The notes below the pieces were generated by a model. That model searched no databases. It was not told where the DNA came from and saw only the letters and a program-made list of their open reading frames with translations. Shown here piece by piece: positions 22,963-33,233 of a DNA stretch of 64,000 bases. Origin of the DNA: Candidatus Latescibacterota bacterium. GTDB lineage: Bacteria; Latescibacterota; CBDEFO01. Position 1 is the first letter of the stretch, and each line of letters starts with the position of its first letter. The translations under genes and the position numbers were made by a program. The DNA lies in contig CBDEFO010000003.1 of the NCBI GenBank assembly GCA_965237525.1, positions 352,001-416,000 of the forward strand, in the 5' to 3' direction.

Positions 22963-24481
22963 AAGCCTTGTGAAAAACCCTTAGATTCAGAAAGTAGTAT
23001 AGAACAAGCATTGATAAAGCAGCTCCGATGTATTATATTATGTTATTGATAATATTATACATGGAGGAAACAATGACCCCACAAAAGCAGGAACAGACAA
23101 ATCCGATGTTTCACTATTTTCAGATGGAGGATTTAGTTCCCGAGGATCATATCCTTCGTCAGATTGATGAGGCAGTTGATTTTTCATTTGTACGAGACGT
23201 TGTATCAGATTGTTATTGCCCTGACAATGGCAGACCCGGTATTGATCCTGAATTAGTTGTTCGAATGATCCTTATTGGCTATCTGTATAATTTGAGTGAG
23301 AATCGGCTCTGTCAGGAAGTGGGGATGCATGCGGCATATCGGTTGTTTTGTCATCAGACATTTGATGATGCGGTTCCGGATAGGAGCACGATCAACAAGC
23401 TTCGCAATCACAAGTGGGCATCCAGTGGGTTGTTTGAACGGATAATGCGTCAGGTAGTCCAGTGTTGCATAGATGTCGGTCTTGTGAGCGGTAAACACCT
23501 TAGTGTCGACGGCACTCAGATACAAGCTGATGCTTCAGTGAAAAGTATTGAGCCGATAGAACCCCCTGTTTCTCTTGATGATTATCTCAAGGGAATCGGT
23601 TTTGAAGGTGATAAGACAAAGGGTAGGTCCGGGCATCCTCAGGATAAAGACTTTCATGGTGAAAAGTGGACGAACCAAACACACCGTTCGACTACAGACC
23701 CCGACGCGCGCTTATACAGCAAATCGAAGGGCAAAGGGGCTTTTCTCTCGTTTATGGGCCATGATCTGATCGACACAAAAAGCAGAGTAATCCTTGAGAC
23801 TCAGGGCACGCAGGCGACAGGGACAGCAGAGCCCGAAAGTGCCCTTAAGATGGTAGATGACCTTGAAACATACACCATGCCCAAAGACATTCAGACACTT
23901 AGTGCCGATACCGGTTACGGTTCTGGTAATTTTATCGCTGATGTACTTGACCGGGGAATCATACCCCATATTCCTCTGCGAGCCGATGAGAAGATTGAAC
24001 CGATTCCTACATGGAAAAACAAGACAAATTCAGCACATATTCAGGCCGAACGGGATAGAAAAGTGCGAGAGGCGAAAGCCAGAAATCATGCACGGTCTAT
24101 CTCATTAACAGCTGACTACAAACTCTCCCAGAGACTCCGTAAACGCAGTGAACATATCTTTGCTGAAGCCAGGCAACAACACGGTATGGGACGAGCCCGT
24201 TATAGAGGACCAGCCTCACTGAATGAACAGTTGAATCTTGTTGCAACAGTACAGAATCTCAAGAGGCTTGTATCTTTCATAAGAAGGGGGAAAGCGTCTA
24301 TGTGTGCCCTGTCTGTCAAAGACAGTGCACCCTGTTCTTCAAACAGCTCCTGTTCCTTGCTGACCAGAACTCTGATAAGACTATTTTGCTTATTCCACAG
24401 CAAAACGATACGATATGCTACTCTTTGACCCATAATCGGCGCTTCAGACGCTGCCTGGGACATAACTATTTCACAAGGCTT
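22963..24481 (+). mobile_element. IS1182-family element, copy 1 (1519 bp)
   Basis: IRs AAGCCTTGTGAAA / TTTCACAAGGCTT; CTAA duplicated on both sides. Confidence 0.95.
23073..24428 (+). CDS. IS1182-family transposase
   Basis: LVPEDHILR, GRPGIDP, VDGTQI, STTDPDAR, ADTGY, RKRSEHIFAE; SD GGAGG before ATG 23073. Confidence 0.92.
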   Translation: MTPQKQEQTNPMFHYFQMEDLVPEDHILRQIDEAVDFSFVRDVVSDCYCPDNGRPGIDPELVVRMILIGYLYNLSENRLCQEVGMHAAYRLFCHQTFDDAVPDRSTINKLRNHKWASSGLFERIMRQVVQCCIDVGLVSGKHLSVDGTQIQADASVKSIEPIEPPVSLDDYLKGIGFEGDKTKGRSGHPQDKDFHGEKWTNQTHRSTTDPDARLYSKSKGKGAFLSFMGHDLIDTKSRVILETQGTQATGTAEPESALKMVDDLETYTMPKDIQTLSADTGYGSGNFIADVLDRGIIPHIPLRADEKIEPIPTWKNKTNSAHIQAERDRKVREAKARNHARSISLTADYKLSQRLRKRSEHIFAEARQQHGMGRARYRGPASLNEQLNLVATVQNLKRLVSFIRRGKASMCALSVKDSAPCSSNSSCSLLTRTLIRLFCLFHSKTIRYATL

Positions 24482-25044
24482 CTAAGTCGATCCAGATTTC
24501 TTCCGTAGAGCGCTGAGATGGGTATCACTTCGTCTTTTGATTCAAGCTCGACCAGTTGGGAGATCATTACGATTACGTCGTCAGATGAGATCAAGTCTGC
24601 CTTGTTGAGCGCAAGAATTAGCGGAATCCTTATATCCTGAAGCCTGTTCTTTATATGCTCATCGAAAGTGTCCTCAAAGCGACACGCATCTACCATCAAC
24701 AGGGCCACGTCGGCCTCTTTTATTGAGTGGTCCAGCTGTCTGCCCATAGCCTCTTGGAGTCTGTATTTGGGCTTTAGGACACTGGGCGTATCCAGGAAGA
24801 TCATCTGAGACGTTGCACTCGTCGCTATGCCCAGGACGTTGGTTCTGGTGGTCTGCGCCTTGGGCGTAACGATGGAGAGCTTCTGTCCTATAAGCGCGTT
24901 AAACAGCGTAGACTTGCCGACATTGGGCTTTCCTATTATGGCCACATAGCCGCTTTTGTATGCGTCACCTGGGGAGATATCCCCCTCTCTATTCGTGTCT
25001 TTCAAGGATTGTTCCATATCAGGAAGGGACGGAAGGACTCATCT

Positions 25045-25854
25045 TTATAGACTCTGCTTCGCGTATCTAACAGCGTTTTGGAAGATAGCCATTCCATCCC
25101 CTCTTTCTTTAAGCCCCTCTCTGGTCCATCTGGGATGCTGCGTGGGATGAATGTGCCTTTCAGGGTGAGGCATCAGACCGAATATCCTTCCCGTTAGATC
25201 GCATATTCCAGCTATACGATCCGTCGAACCGTTGGGATTCCAGGGGTAGCCCGCTGGATTTCCGTGATCGTCAACGTATCTGAGGACTATCTGACGGCTC
25301 TCCACAAGGGCAGACAGTGTCTCTTGGTCTCTTGTTATGAATTTTCCTTCGCCGTGCGCCACGGGTAGATATATCTTGCTATCTAGATCCTGTGTGAAGA
25401 CGCACTTGGTCTCTTCGTCTTTTTCCAGATAGACCCATCTGTCTTCAAATTTTCCGGAGTCGTTGTTTGTGAGCGTGGCCTCAACCAGTGGGGCTTCCGC
25501 CTGTGGCTTGTAAGATCCCTCCAAAACCTGAAGGAGTCCCGCTTTGACGAGGGCCTGGAAGCCGTTGCATATGCCGATTACGAGCTTTCCGTCCGCTATG
25601 AACCTCCCAATCTGATCGTAAAGTTTGTACCTGAGTTCGTTGGCAAGTATCTTGCCGGCTGCGACATCGTCTCCGTAGGTGAAGCCTCCGGGAAGGGCGA
25701 GGATGTGATACTCGGAGAGGAAGGAAGGAGCTTCTATTACGCGTTTGATATGGATCAGACTCGTCTCGGCGCCTGCTTGCTGGAGGGCAAACTCGGTCTC
25801 CTGGTCGCAGTTGGTTCCGGCGGTCCTTAATATTATGGCTTTGACTTCCGCCAT
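25045..25854 (-). CDS. purQ: phosphoribosylformylglycinamidine synthase I
   Basis: GTNCD, PGGFTYGD, GICNGFQ, AHGEG, NPNGS, MPHPER. Confidence 0.96.
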   Translation of the reverse strand: MAEVKAIILRTAGTNCDQETEFALQQAGAETSLIHIKRVIEAPSFLSEYHILALPGGFTYGDDVAAGKILANELRYKLYDQIGRFIADGKLVIGICNGFQALVKAGLLQVLEGSYKPQAEAPLVEATLTNNDSGKFEDRWVYLEKDEETKCVFTQDLDSKIYLPVAHGEGKFITRDQETLSALVESRQIVLRYVDDHGNPAGYPWNPNGSTDRIAGICDLTGRIFGLMPHPERHIHPTQHPRWTREGLKERGDGMAIFQNAVRYAKQSL

Positions 25855-25860
25855 TATCCC

Positions 25861-27267
25861 CTAATCCTTATATTCTTCAGAATCTATCCCGAATTCGTCC
25901 ATCAATCTTTTTAGATGTCTCGGAGTTATTTCAAGAATCAAGGCGGCCCTACCGATTGTACCTTTGGATTGGGAAAGGGCGTTGTCCAAGATTTCAAATT
26001 TAGCCCTGTTCACCGCTTCTCTTAGAGTCAGGCCTCCGATCTGGTTTTCATCGGGGGAAAGAGAGGATTCTTCAAGCTCCCGGTACATTTCAAGCTCTAA
26101 ATCTTCAGGCTCGATGTATCTATCGCTCCCGCCGAACAGGAGGGAATTCTCTATAGCGTTTTTGAGTTCTCTGACGTTTCCGGGCCAATCGTATCGGGAG
26201 ATCTTGTGTAAGGATTCGTCGGAGAGTTGTTTGTATATCTCAAGGTTTTTGGAGTACAGATCCAGGAAGTATTCGGCAAGGAGAGGTATGTCGCTCCTGC
26301 GCTCTCTTAAGAGAGGCAGTTCTATGATAGCGACTCTGAGCCTGTGATAAAGGTCGTCCCGGAACTGGCCCGATTTCACAAGTTCGGAGAGGTCTCTGTT
26401 CGTGGCGACGATGATTCTGGCCTCAAGTTGCAACTGACTATTTCCGCCGAGGCGTTCGAAGGTCCTGTCCTGGAGCACCCTTAAGAGCTTGATCTGCACC
26501 TCTATGGGGATGTTCTCCACCTCATCCAGAAAGAGCGTCCCGGAGCCTGCCGACTCCAGCTTTGCGATGCGCCTCTGCGTGGCTCCGGTGTAGGCTCCCT
26601 TTTCGTGTCCGAATAGTTCGCTAGATGCAAGGTCAGGCGAAGTCTTTGAGACATCGGCGACCACAAAGGGGGATCTACCGCTCAAGGTGTGTATAGCCCT
26701 TGCCACAAGTTCTTTGCCTGTTCCGGTCTCCCCCTTTATAAGGATTGTGGAATCTACACGAGCGGCTTTTTGTATCCTGTCGAAGACCTTGAGCATCTCT
26801 TCGGATTTCCCTATGATTCCCATAAACCTATCCGACTCGTTGAGCCTCTCTTTGAGTCTTTCGTTTTCGCGCTTGAGATCTGCTCTTTCCAATGCCCTAT
26901 CTACAATGACAGAAAGGACATCCCTCCTCACGGGCTTTTCTAAGAAATCGTAGGCTCCCGACTTGAGCATTGCCTCTATCTTGGTGGCATCTCTTTGCGA
27001 GCCACTGATCACGACGACCTCTGTGGAGCGGTCCTTCTTTCTGACAGCGCTTAAAAACTCGAGCCCGTCTCTGCTGCTTCCCGTGTCGAATTTGAGATCC
27101 AGGAGGATAAGGTCCGGCTTTGCGCGTTCATATTGCCTTAAGCCCTCTTGAGGGTCTGAGGCGATAACGACCTTGCAGTCCTTGGAAGAGAGTATCTCAG
27201 CGTAGAGGTCTCTATTGTACTCTTCGTCTTCGACTATGAGGATAGTATATCTGATCCGAGAGTCCAT
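25861..27267 (-). CDS. sigma54-dependent response regulator (NtrC/AtoC family)
   Basis: Receiver domain, GETGTGKE, ELFGHEKGAYTGA, FLDE, WPGNVREL, C-terminal Fis HTH. Confidence 0.95.
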   Translation of the reverse strand: MDSRIRYTILIVEDEEYNRDLYAEILSSKDCKVVIASDPQEGLRQYERAKPDLILLDLKFDTGSSRDGLEFLSAVRKKDRSTEVVVISGSQRDATKIEAMLKSGAYDFLEKPVRRDVLSVIVDRALERADLKRENERLKERLNESDRFMGIIGKSEEMLKVFDRIQKAARVDSTILIKGETGTGKELVARAIHTLSGRSPFVVADVSKTSPDLASSELFGHEKGAYTGATQRRIAKLESAGSGTLFLDEVENIPIEVQIKLLRVLQDRTFERLGGNSQLQLEARIIVATNRDLSELVKSGQFRDDLYHRLRVAIIELPLLRERRSDIPLLAEYFLDLYSKNLEIYKQLSDESLHKISRYDWPGNVRELKNAIENSLLFGGSDRYIEPEDLELEMYRELEESSLSPDENQIGGLTLREAVNRAKFEILDNALSQSKGTIGRAALILEITPRHLKRLMDEFGIDSEEYKD

Positions 27268-27283
27268 CGTCTATTGCTCCAAA

Positions 27284-27678
27284 ACAGTAGACAGATTGTA
27301 GGGCCGAGGCGCCCTGGGTGCTCTGTTGATAGGGGACAAGCCACAAAGTGGTCGCCTCAAGGGCAGACCTATCTGTCTGCCCTTACATATAGATATATAC
27401 ATAGGGATGAACCTTCCCCATGAATGTAGGGGCGTTCCCCGATAGATTCAATCGGTGACCACTCATCCCAGGGGCAGATACACGGGTCTGCCTCTACAAC
27501 AGATGTACGAACATGCCTTTACGAATGTGAGAGCTTCCCCCACGCGTTCGCTCCCTACCCACGTCGCCGCCTTCTTTCCAAGCCGTCATTGCAAGGATGC
27601 CTGCCCGCGAACGATTGTATCGGGGGTTCGCCCCGAAGCAATCTCCGTTAGACTGCCTCTCCCTGTATGCAGTCTACT
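27284..27678. repeat. composite nested palindromic intergenic element
   Basis: AGTAGACAG ... CAGTCTACT enclosing family C, family A and GTCATTGC..GAAGCAATCTC modules. Confidence 0.75.
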
Positions 27679-29128
27679 TGTCAGTCACCGGAAGTTTGAC
27701 GATGAAGGTAGTGCCGGCCCTGACCTGGCTTTGGACGTCAATGGCCCCGCCATGTTTTTTTACCACTTCAAGGGACCCAGGAAGTCCGATGCCCATGCCG
27801 CCCTTCTTGTCGGTGGTGAAGAAATTGAATATATCCCGAATCTTCTCCTCCGGTATTCCGATCCCTGTGTCGCTGAACTTGATCTCTGCGCTCCGGCTAT
27901 TATGCCCCTTGATGTCGATGGACAAAGAACCGCCGTCTTCCATCGCCTGATAGGCGTTTAGAACGATATTCGAGAAAACATCTACCATCTGTTCGGGATC
28001 GACTTCTATCGGCGAAACGTCTTTGCTGTACTCTTTGTGAACCTGTATATTCTCGGGCCTGGGAATTCTGTTCAGAGAGGCGTCTATGAGGGTGGGGATA
28101 CTGTAAGGCTCTTTTCGCGGCTCGTCGGGAACGGCTCTCCTCATCCTGCTTATGTCCTTTTTGACCAGCCCCAGATGTCTGTCTATTCCATCCAGCGCCC
28201 TTTCGAGCCTGAGATCGGACGTGCCCCCTTTGAGTGTCCTTTCTCTAATTTCGGCAGCAAACGTATCTATAGGATTGAGGAGGTTGCTGATATTGTGGGC
28301 TATCCTCCAGGTGCTCCTTCCTACCACCGCCAGTCTTTCGGACTCCTTCAGTTCATCCTGATGCTTCTTAATCTCAGAGAGCATGTATTTAAAGGCTCTG
28401 GAAAGCCCTCCTATCTCGTCGATTCTATCTATGCCTGAAATATCTGCGTCCAATGCTCCTCCCGACGGAGTCGAGGCTCGACCTATTTTCTGGACATCTT
28501 CTGTGAGCCGCTTTATGGGCTTTACCGTCTGTCTTATAAGAACATAGAAAAATGTAAGAGACAGCAGCGCGGCGGATAGCCCCACGATGCTCAGAATAGG
28601 TACAGTAGACATCACAGGGCGGTAGTAGCCTATCTTGAGGACAAATTCCCCGCGGTCCGATTCTATCCTCACTCCCACATCCTGTACCATCTCTCCCCTG
28701 TAGCGTATCTCATCGGAGATGATACCTTTGCCGTTATAGAGAAGCTCTTCTACGAGGATGTAATCTCTGGGATCAGTGGAATACCCCTGTTCCTCCTCAA
28801 CGTCTGTGGAAAGGAGGAACAAATGATCTTCACCTATTATCTTGATGTAGGCTATAAAGTCGCTCTTGTATTTGCTCTTGAGGAATTGGAATACAGCGTT
28901 TGCGGTGTAGTTATCTACGAGGGAACTTACAATATTGGCGACTTCTTTGGTTATGGGTTCGTATCCCTTTTCGAACATCTGGGTTTCATATTGTCGTCTT
29001 TCGAGCATTGTGGATATGAGGGAGAAGAGAGCGACGACCAGTATGGATATTACGAATATAACCGTAGTCTTAAAGAGTATACCGACACGGAATCTGCGCT
29101 CGATCCCTTTGACTTCGACCTCACTCAC
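27674..29128 (-). CDS. membrane sensor histidine kinase with HAMP domain
   Basis: Two TM segments, DEIGGL HAMP, IAHNISN H-box, N box, DTGIG, GMGIGL; GTG start with GGAGG SD. Confidence 0.9.
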   Translation of the reverse strand: MSEVEVKGIERRFRVGILFKTTVIFVISILVVALFSLISTMLERRQYETQMFEKGYEPITKEVANIVSSLVDNYTANAVFQFLKSKYKSDFIAYIKIIGEDHLFLLSTDVEEEQGYSTDPRDYILVEELLYNGKGIISDEIRYRGEMVQDVGVRIESDRGEFVLKIGYYRPVMSTVPILSIVGLSAALLSLTFFYVLIRQTVKPIKRLTEDVQKIGRASTPSGGALDADISGIDRIDEIGGLSRAFKYMLSEIKKHQDELKESERLAVVGRSTWRIAHNISNLLNPIDTFAAEIRERTLKGGTSDLRLERALDGIDRHLGLVKKDISRMRRAVPDEPRKEPYSIPTLIDASLNRIPRPENIQVHKEYSKDVSPIEVDPEQMVDVFSNIVLNAYQAMEDGGSLSIDIKGHNSRSAEIKFSDTGIGIPEEKIRDIFNFFTTDKKGGMGIGLPGSLEVVKKHGGAIDVQSQVRAGTTFIVKLPVTDK

Positions 29129-29351
29129 TGATCTATCGCCTCCATCCGAAAGACAGTAGTCACTGGAAAGTGCATATCCGCCTATGTATAAAAATGTAAC
29201 GATATTAAGGTCAAAAAGCAACCTTATTGTGAACCCCCATAAACAAAGTAGACAGTAGACAGGGCACCGCCTCATATCCCATTTTTTTGTGTTTCAGTCA
29301 AAAAATCTTTCCCCATATAGGAAGATTGCGGAACATAGCGAACCTTGCGGC

Positions 29352-29380
29352 TTGACATACGAAACGATAGAGTATATACT
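29352..29380 (+). promoter_or_regulatory. sigma70-type promoter
   Basis: TTGACA-17 bp-TATACT, 38 bp upstream of ATG 29419. Confidence 0.65.
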
Positions 29381-29418
29381 TATAGACACAAATGAGCAAT
29401 AGATAAGGGAAACCATGT

Positions 29419-30406
29419 ATGGGAACTGAGACTTACACAAAGGTACCAAACGATATTATGGAAGGAATTTTGTGCAAGGGATTGCTCTCAAAAAGAGAAT
29501 CTCAAATCTTCTGTGTCATACTCAGAGAAAGGTATAACGGCCAGTGGACAGTACGTCCTCCAAGCGTTCAAAAGATCGCCGACTTTACTCGACTTGATAG
29601 AGCAAATGTATCCACTACTATAGGACAGATGCTGAAGAAAAATATCATAAGACAAAGAGACGGAAAGAAAGGAAGATACTATCAAATTAATACAGATCCC
29701 CCAACTTGGATCACTAAAGGTTGTCAAAACAACAACAATTGTTCCTCTAATCCATTGTCCCACAAGGCGATGCCGAGTCCGAAGGAAGTACCTAAAGGAA
29801 GTATCTAAGAAAGTATATGATGAAGGTGGTAGTACGGTCGCTACGGAACCAGACGAGACAGCATCGAAGTCTCTACAGACTTCAGCTTCAGCATCATCTT
29901 TCATAGAAATTCTATCGCAGAACATACCCGACTTCCTCGAAGACGGAAGGATACTTGAAGTAGTTAAGCGATGCATCGAAGAGGACCCAGATGTAGATGA
30001 ACGGCAGATTGCCCAGAACTTCATAAACTGGAAGGATCGCCCTACACTTACTCCCCAAAACATCGAATCCATCATTCAAAATCAATTTAGAACTGCCAGG
30101 GAAAAGGGCTATTATCGCAAAGAGAGGAAGATAAACCGTCACCCTGGACAGATCCGAAAGACAAAGCAGTACATAGAAGAACTGAGAGAAACAGACGGCG
30201 AGTTAGAGTCACAAACCCCTGAGGAGAGACAGGCAAAATGGGCAGGCATTAAGCAAATAATGGAGGAAAGCTTAAGAAAGGCTAAAGAGTTTAGAAAAAG
30301 GAAGGAGTCCGCTAACCGAGACTTCAAGAGCGGCAGAATAAGCAGAGAGGAGTACGATAGCATCTTGAAGCAGATTCGCGATGAGGCGCGGGATGCCTGG
30401 GGATAA
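29419..30406 (+). pseudogene. phage replication protein O-like gene, frameshifted
   Basis: N-terminus YTKVPNDIME..LSKRE..I.RE..G with a winged-HTH pattern. The +1 frame stays open for ~200 further codons to TAA 30404-30406 (missed by the ORF track). Confidence 0.6.
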
Positions 30407-30442
30407 GGAGAATCAGCAGACAAGCAAAGGCGAAGGTTAGCT

Positions 30443-30487
30443 ACCCCCCTTTAATTCCCCCCTTATTAAGGGGGGACACAGGGGGGT
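30443..30487. repeat. C-run/G-run palindrome (family D)
   Basis: CCCCCCTTTAATTCCCCCCTTATTAAGGGGGGACACAGGGGGG; a related copy at ~33147-33187. Confidence 0.75.
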
Positions 30488-30581
30488 GACACGAAGACTA
30501 TCTTTTGCCAGGCGTGCCTTGGTGGCTGAAGAGGCGGTACCCTGTCTACCCCCGATAGATTCCATCGGAGGCTACTGTCTA

Positions 30582-31097
30582 CTATTTAATCACCTTGATC
30601 TCTTTGGAGGACTCAAATGGAGAAGCATGATTAGGCTCCTCCACAGCTCTTAACGTAACGCTCTCCTCCAGGGCGATGGTGAAGGTGACCTTAGGCTTGG
30701 TGTGGATCGGATGCAGATAGGCTCGTGCAAGTTCGATTTCGCCTTTGTATATGGCTATCCAGCGGACGTGATGTTCAAAGAGCGTGGGATGGAGAGCTCC
30801 CGCCCCGACCGTTACGGTCACATCGAACCATTCACCCGCTTTAACTTTGTCCGGGGCATCTATCCTGGGGACGTGCTTGGGGTCATCCTCCACCTTGACT
30901 CTATTGATCTCTTTGAAATTAGTCACGACACTTTCATCTGTTACCTGATCCGCCATCTTTTCACTGGCAAAGACCAACGGGACGACCGTGCCGAAGATAA
31001 TCCACAGGGCAATGGCAGAAAATGCAGAGCCCAATCCGTAGATAAATCTTACCTTGACATTTGAGCACTTTTTAGCTATATCTAACCTTGTATTCAC
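30582..31097 (-). CDS. desulfoferrodoxin/superoxide-reductase-like (class II SORL) protein with N-terminal export/TM segment
   Basis: KHVP, HP....HHVRWI, PKVTF; the CxxH position reads EPNH. Confidence 0.8.
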   Translation of the reverse strand: MNTRLDIAKKCSNVKVRFIYGLGSAFSAIALWIIFGTVVPLVFASEKMADQVTDESVVTNFKEINRVKVEDDPKHVPRIDAPDKVKAGEWFDVTVTVGAGALHPTLFEHHVRWIAIYKGEIELARAYLHPIHTKPKVTFTIALEESVTLRAVEEPNHASPFESSKEIKVIK

Positions 31098-31182
31098 GAT
31101 AAGCCTCCTGATGTTTAGGATTTAACCCTGATATGCCAATTACGAGGCGATATGCCAATTGCGAGACCAATTACGAGTCCTA

Positions 31183-31211
31183 ATTATAACTGTTGCGGAA
31201 TCTCATGTCAA
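31183..31211 (-). promoter_or_regulatory. consensus sigma70 promoter of the SORL gene
   Basis: Minus strand TTGACA-17 bp-TATAAT. Confidence 0.75.
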
Positions 31212-31389
31212 GAGAAAAATTGGAGATTCTTTCGGCCCGAAGCAATCTCAACCTGCAAGATCGTCTGAACAGCAAAATCCAGATTCCTTCGCTATTGCCC
31301 GTAATGACGGTTTAGGAGGCTCACAGTGACGATTCAGTAGGAGATGTCCACAAATGAAGCAGATGGTTATTTCTCTGTTCTGTATAGTC

Positions 31390-31548
31390 TTTCAGTTCGA
31401 TGAGGCGAACGAGCAGAAGTGGATAAGAGAGTGGCTCTTCTACGCCAACTCTGTGAGATATGCAGCGGCTATGTCAGGCCCCGACTACGCCACCTTTAAG
31501 AACGGCTGGTGGGAACTGACGAAGAACCTGCAGGAAATGCGGGCTTAA
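31390..31548 (+). pseudogene. C-terminal remnant of a HAO-family multiheme cytochrome c
   Basis: FDEAN..EQKW..EWLFYANSVRYAAAMSGPDY..F.NGWW resembles HAO-like C-termini; no CxxCH motifs remain. Confidence 0.65.
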
Positions 31549-31572
31549 TCGAGTTAAAGACAAGGAGGAAAC

Positions 31573-32347
<775 letters not shown>

Positions 32348-32361
<14 letters not shown>

Positions 32362-33094
32362 CAGGGTCGCCATTGTCACAGGGGCAGGTAGAGGGATAGG
32401 CGAAGCTACCGCTTTGAGGCTGGCAGAATACGGAGCGAAAGTTGCCATCGTGGACATGGATGCACTGACTGCCCACACGGTGGCAGACAAGATAGAGGGT
32501 ATGGGCCGAAGGGCAATTGCGGTGGTAGCAGATGTCTCCGACGCCTCGGATGTCCGGAAGATGGTAGAAGCGACTTTGAAGGAGTTCAAAAGGATTGATA
32601 TTCTGGTGAATAACGCAGGGATCGCGGGCAAGAGTGCAAAGTTATGGGAACTTACCGAGGAGGACTGGGACTCGGCGATGGGCGTGGACCTAAAGAGCGT
32701 CTTCTTGTGCTGTAAGGCTGTAGTCCCTCATATGATAGAGAGAAAATACGGAAAGATCGTGAACGTGGCTTCTATCGCGGGAAAAGAGGGAAATCCAAAT
32801 CTTACGGCTTACTCAACCGCAAAGGCGGGCGTTATATGTCTGACGAAGGCTCTGGCCAAAGAGGTGATCGATTACAATATAAACGTAAACTGCGTGTCTC
32901 CGGCCCTGGTAGATACTCCCCTATTGAGGCAGTTCCCTCAGCACGTCATAGATTATATGGTGGGCAAGATTCCGCTCGGCAGGCTGGGAACAGCCGATGA
33001 AGTGGCGGCTGTGATACATTTCTTGTCCTGTGACGATGCCAGCTTTGTTACAGGACAGTGCTACGATGTCAGCGGAGGAAGAGCAACCTATTAA
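32348..33094 (+). CDS. SDR-family oxidoreductase (FabG-like)
   Basis: TGAGRGIG, NNAG, YSTAK. Confidence 0.92.
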
Positions 33095-33233
33095 AAAAGC
33101 TTCAGCCACCAAGGCACAAAGATAAAAAAATTAGTGTCTTTGTGTTACCCCCTATATCCCCCCTTAATAAGGGGGGATATAGGGGGTAACTAACCTCAGC
33201 CTGTGCTTAGCCTTAATTGAAAAGAGCCAAAAG

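Larger units (their letters stand above)
22559..25017 (-). pseudogene. era: GTPase Era interrupted by an IS1182 element
   Basis: G domain (GKPNVGKS, QTTR, NKAD, ISAL) at 24482-25017; KH domain (EEIPY, QKGIVIG, LWVKVRKDW) at 22559-22962; removing the IS and one CTAA restores ...NLDRLRVLLEK... Confidence 0.92.

Noticed and set aside
29129..29275. N-terminal extension of the sensor kinase given by the ORF track
   Set aside because: It runs through an intergenic repeat; the GTG at 29128 has a good SD.
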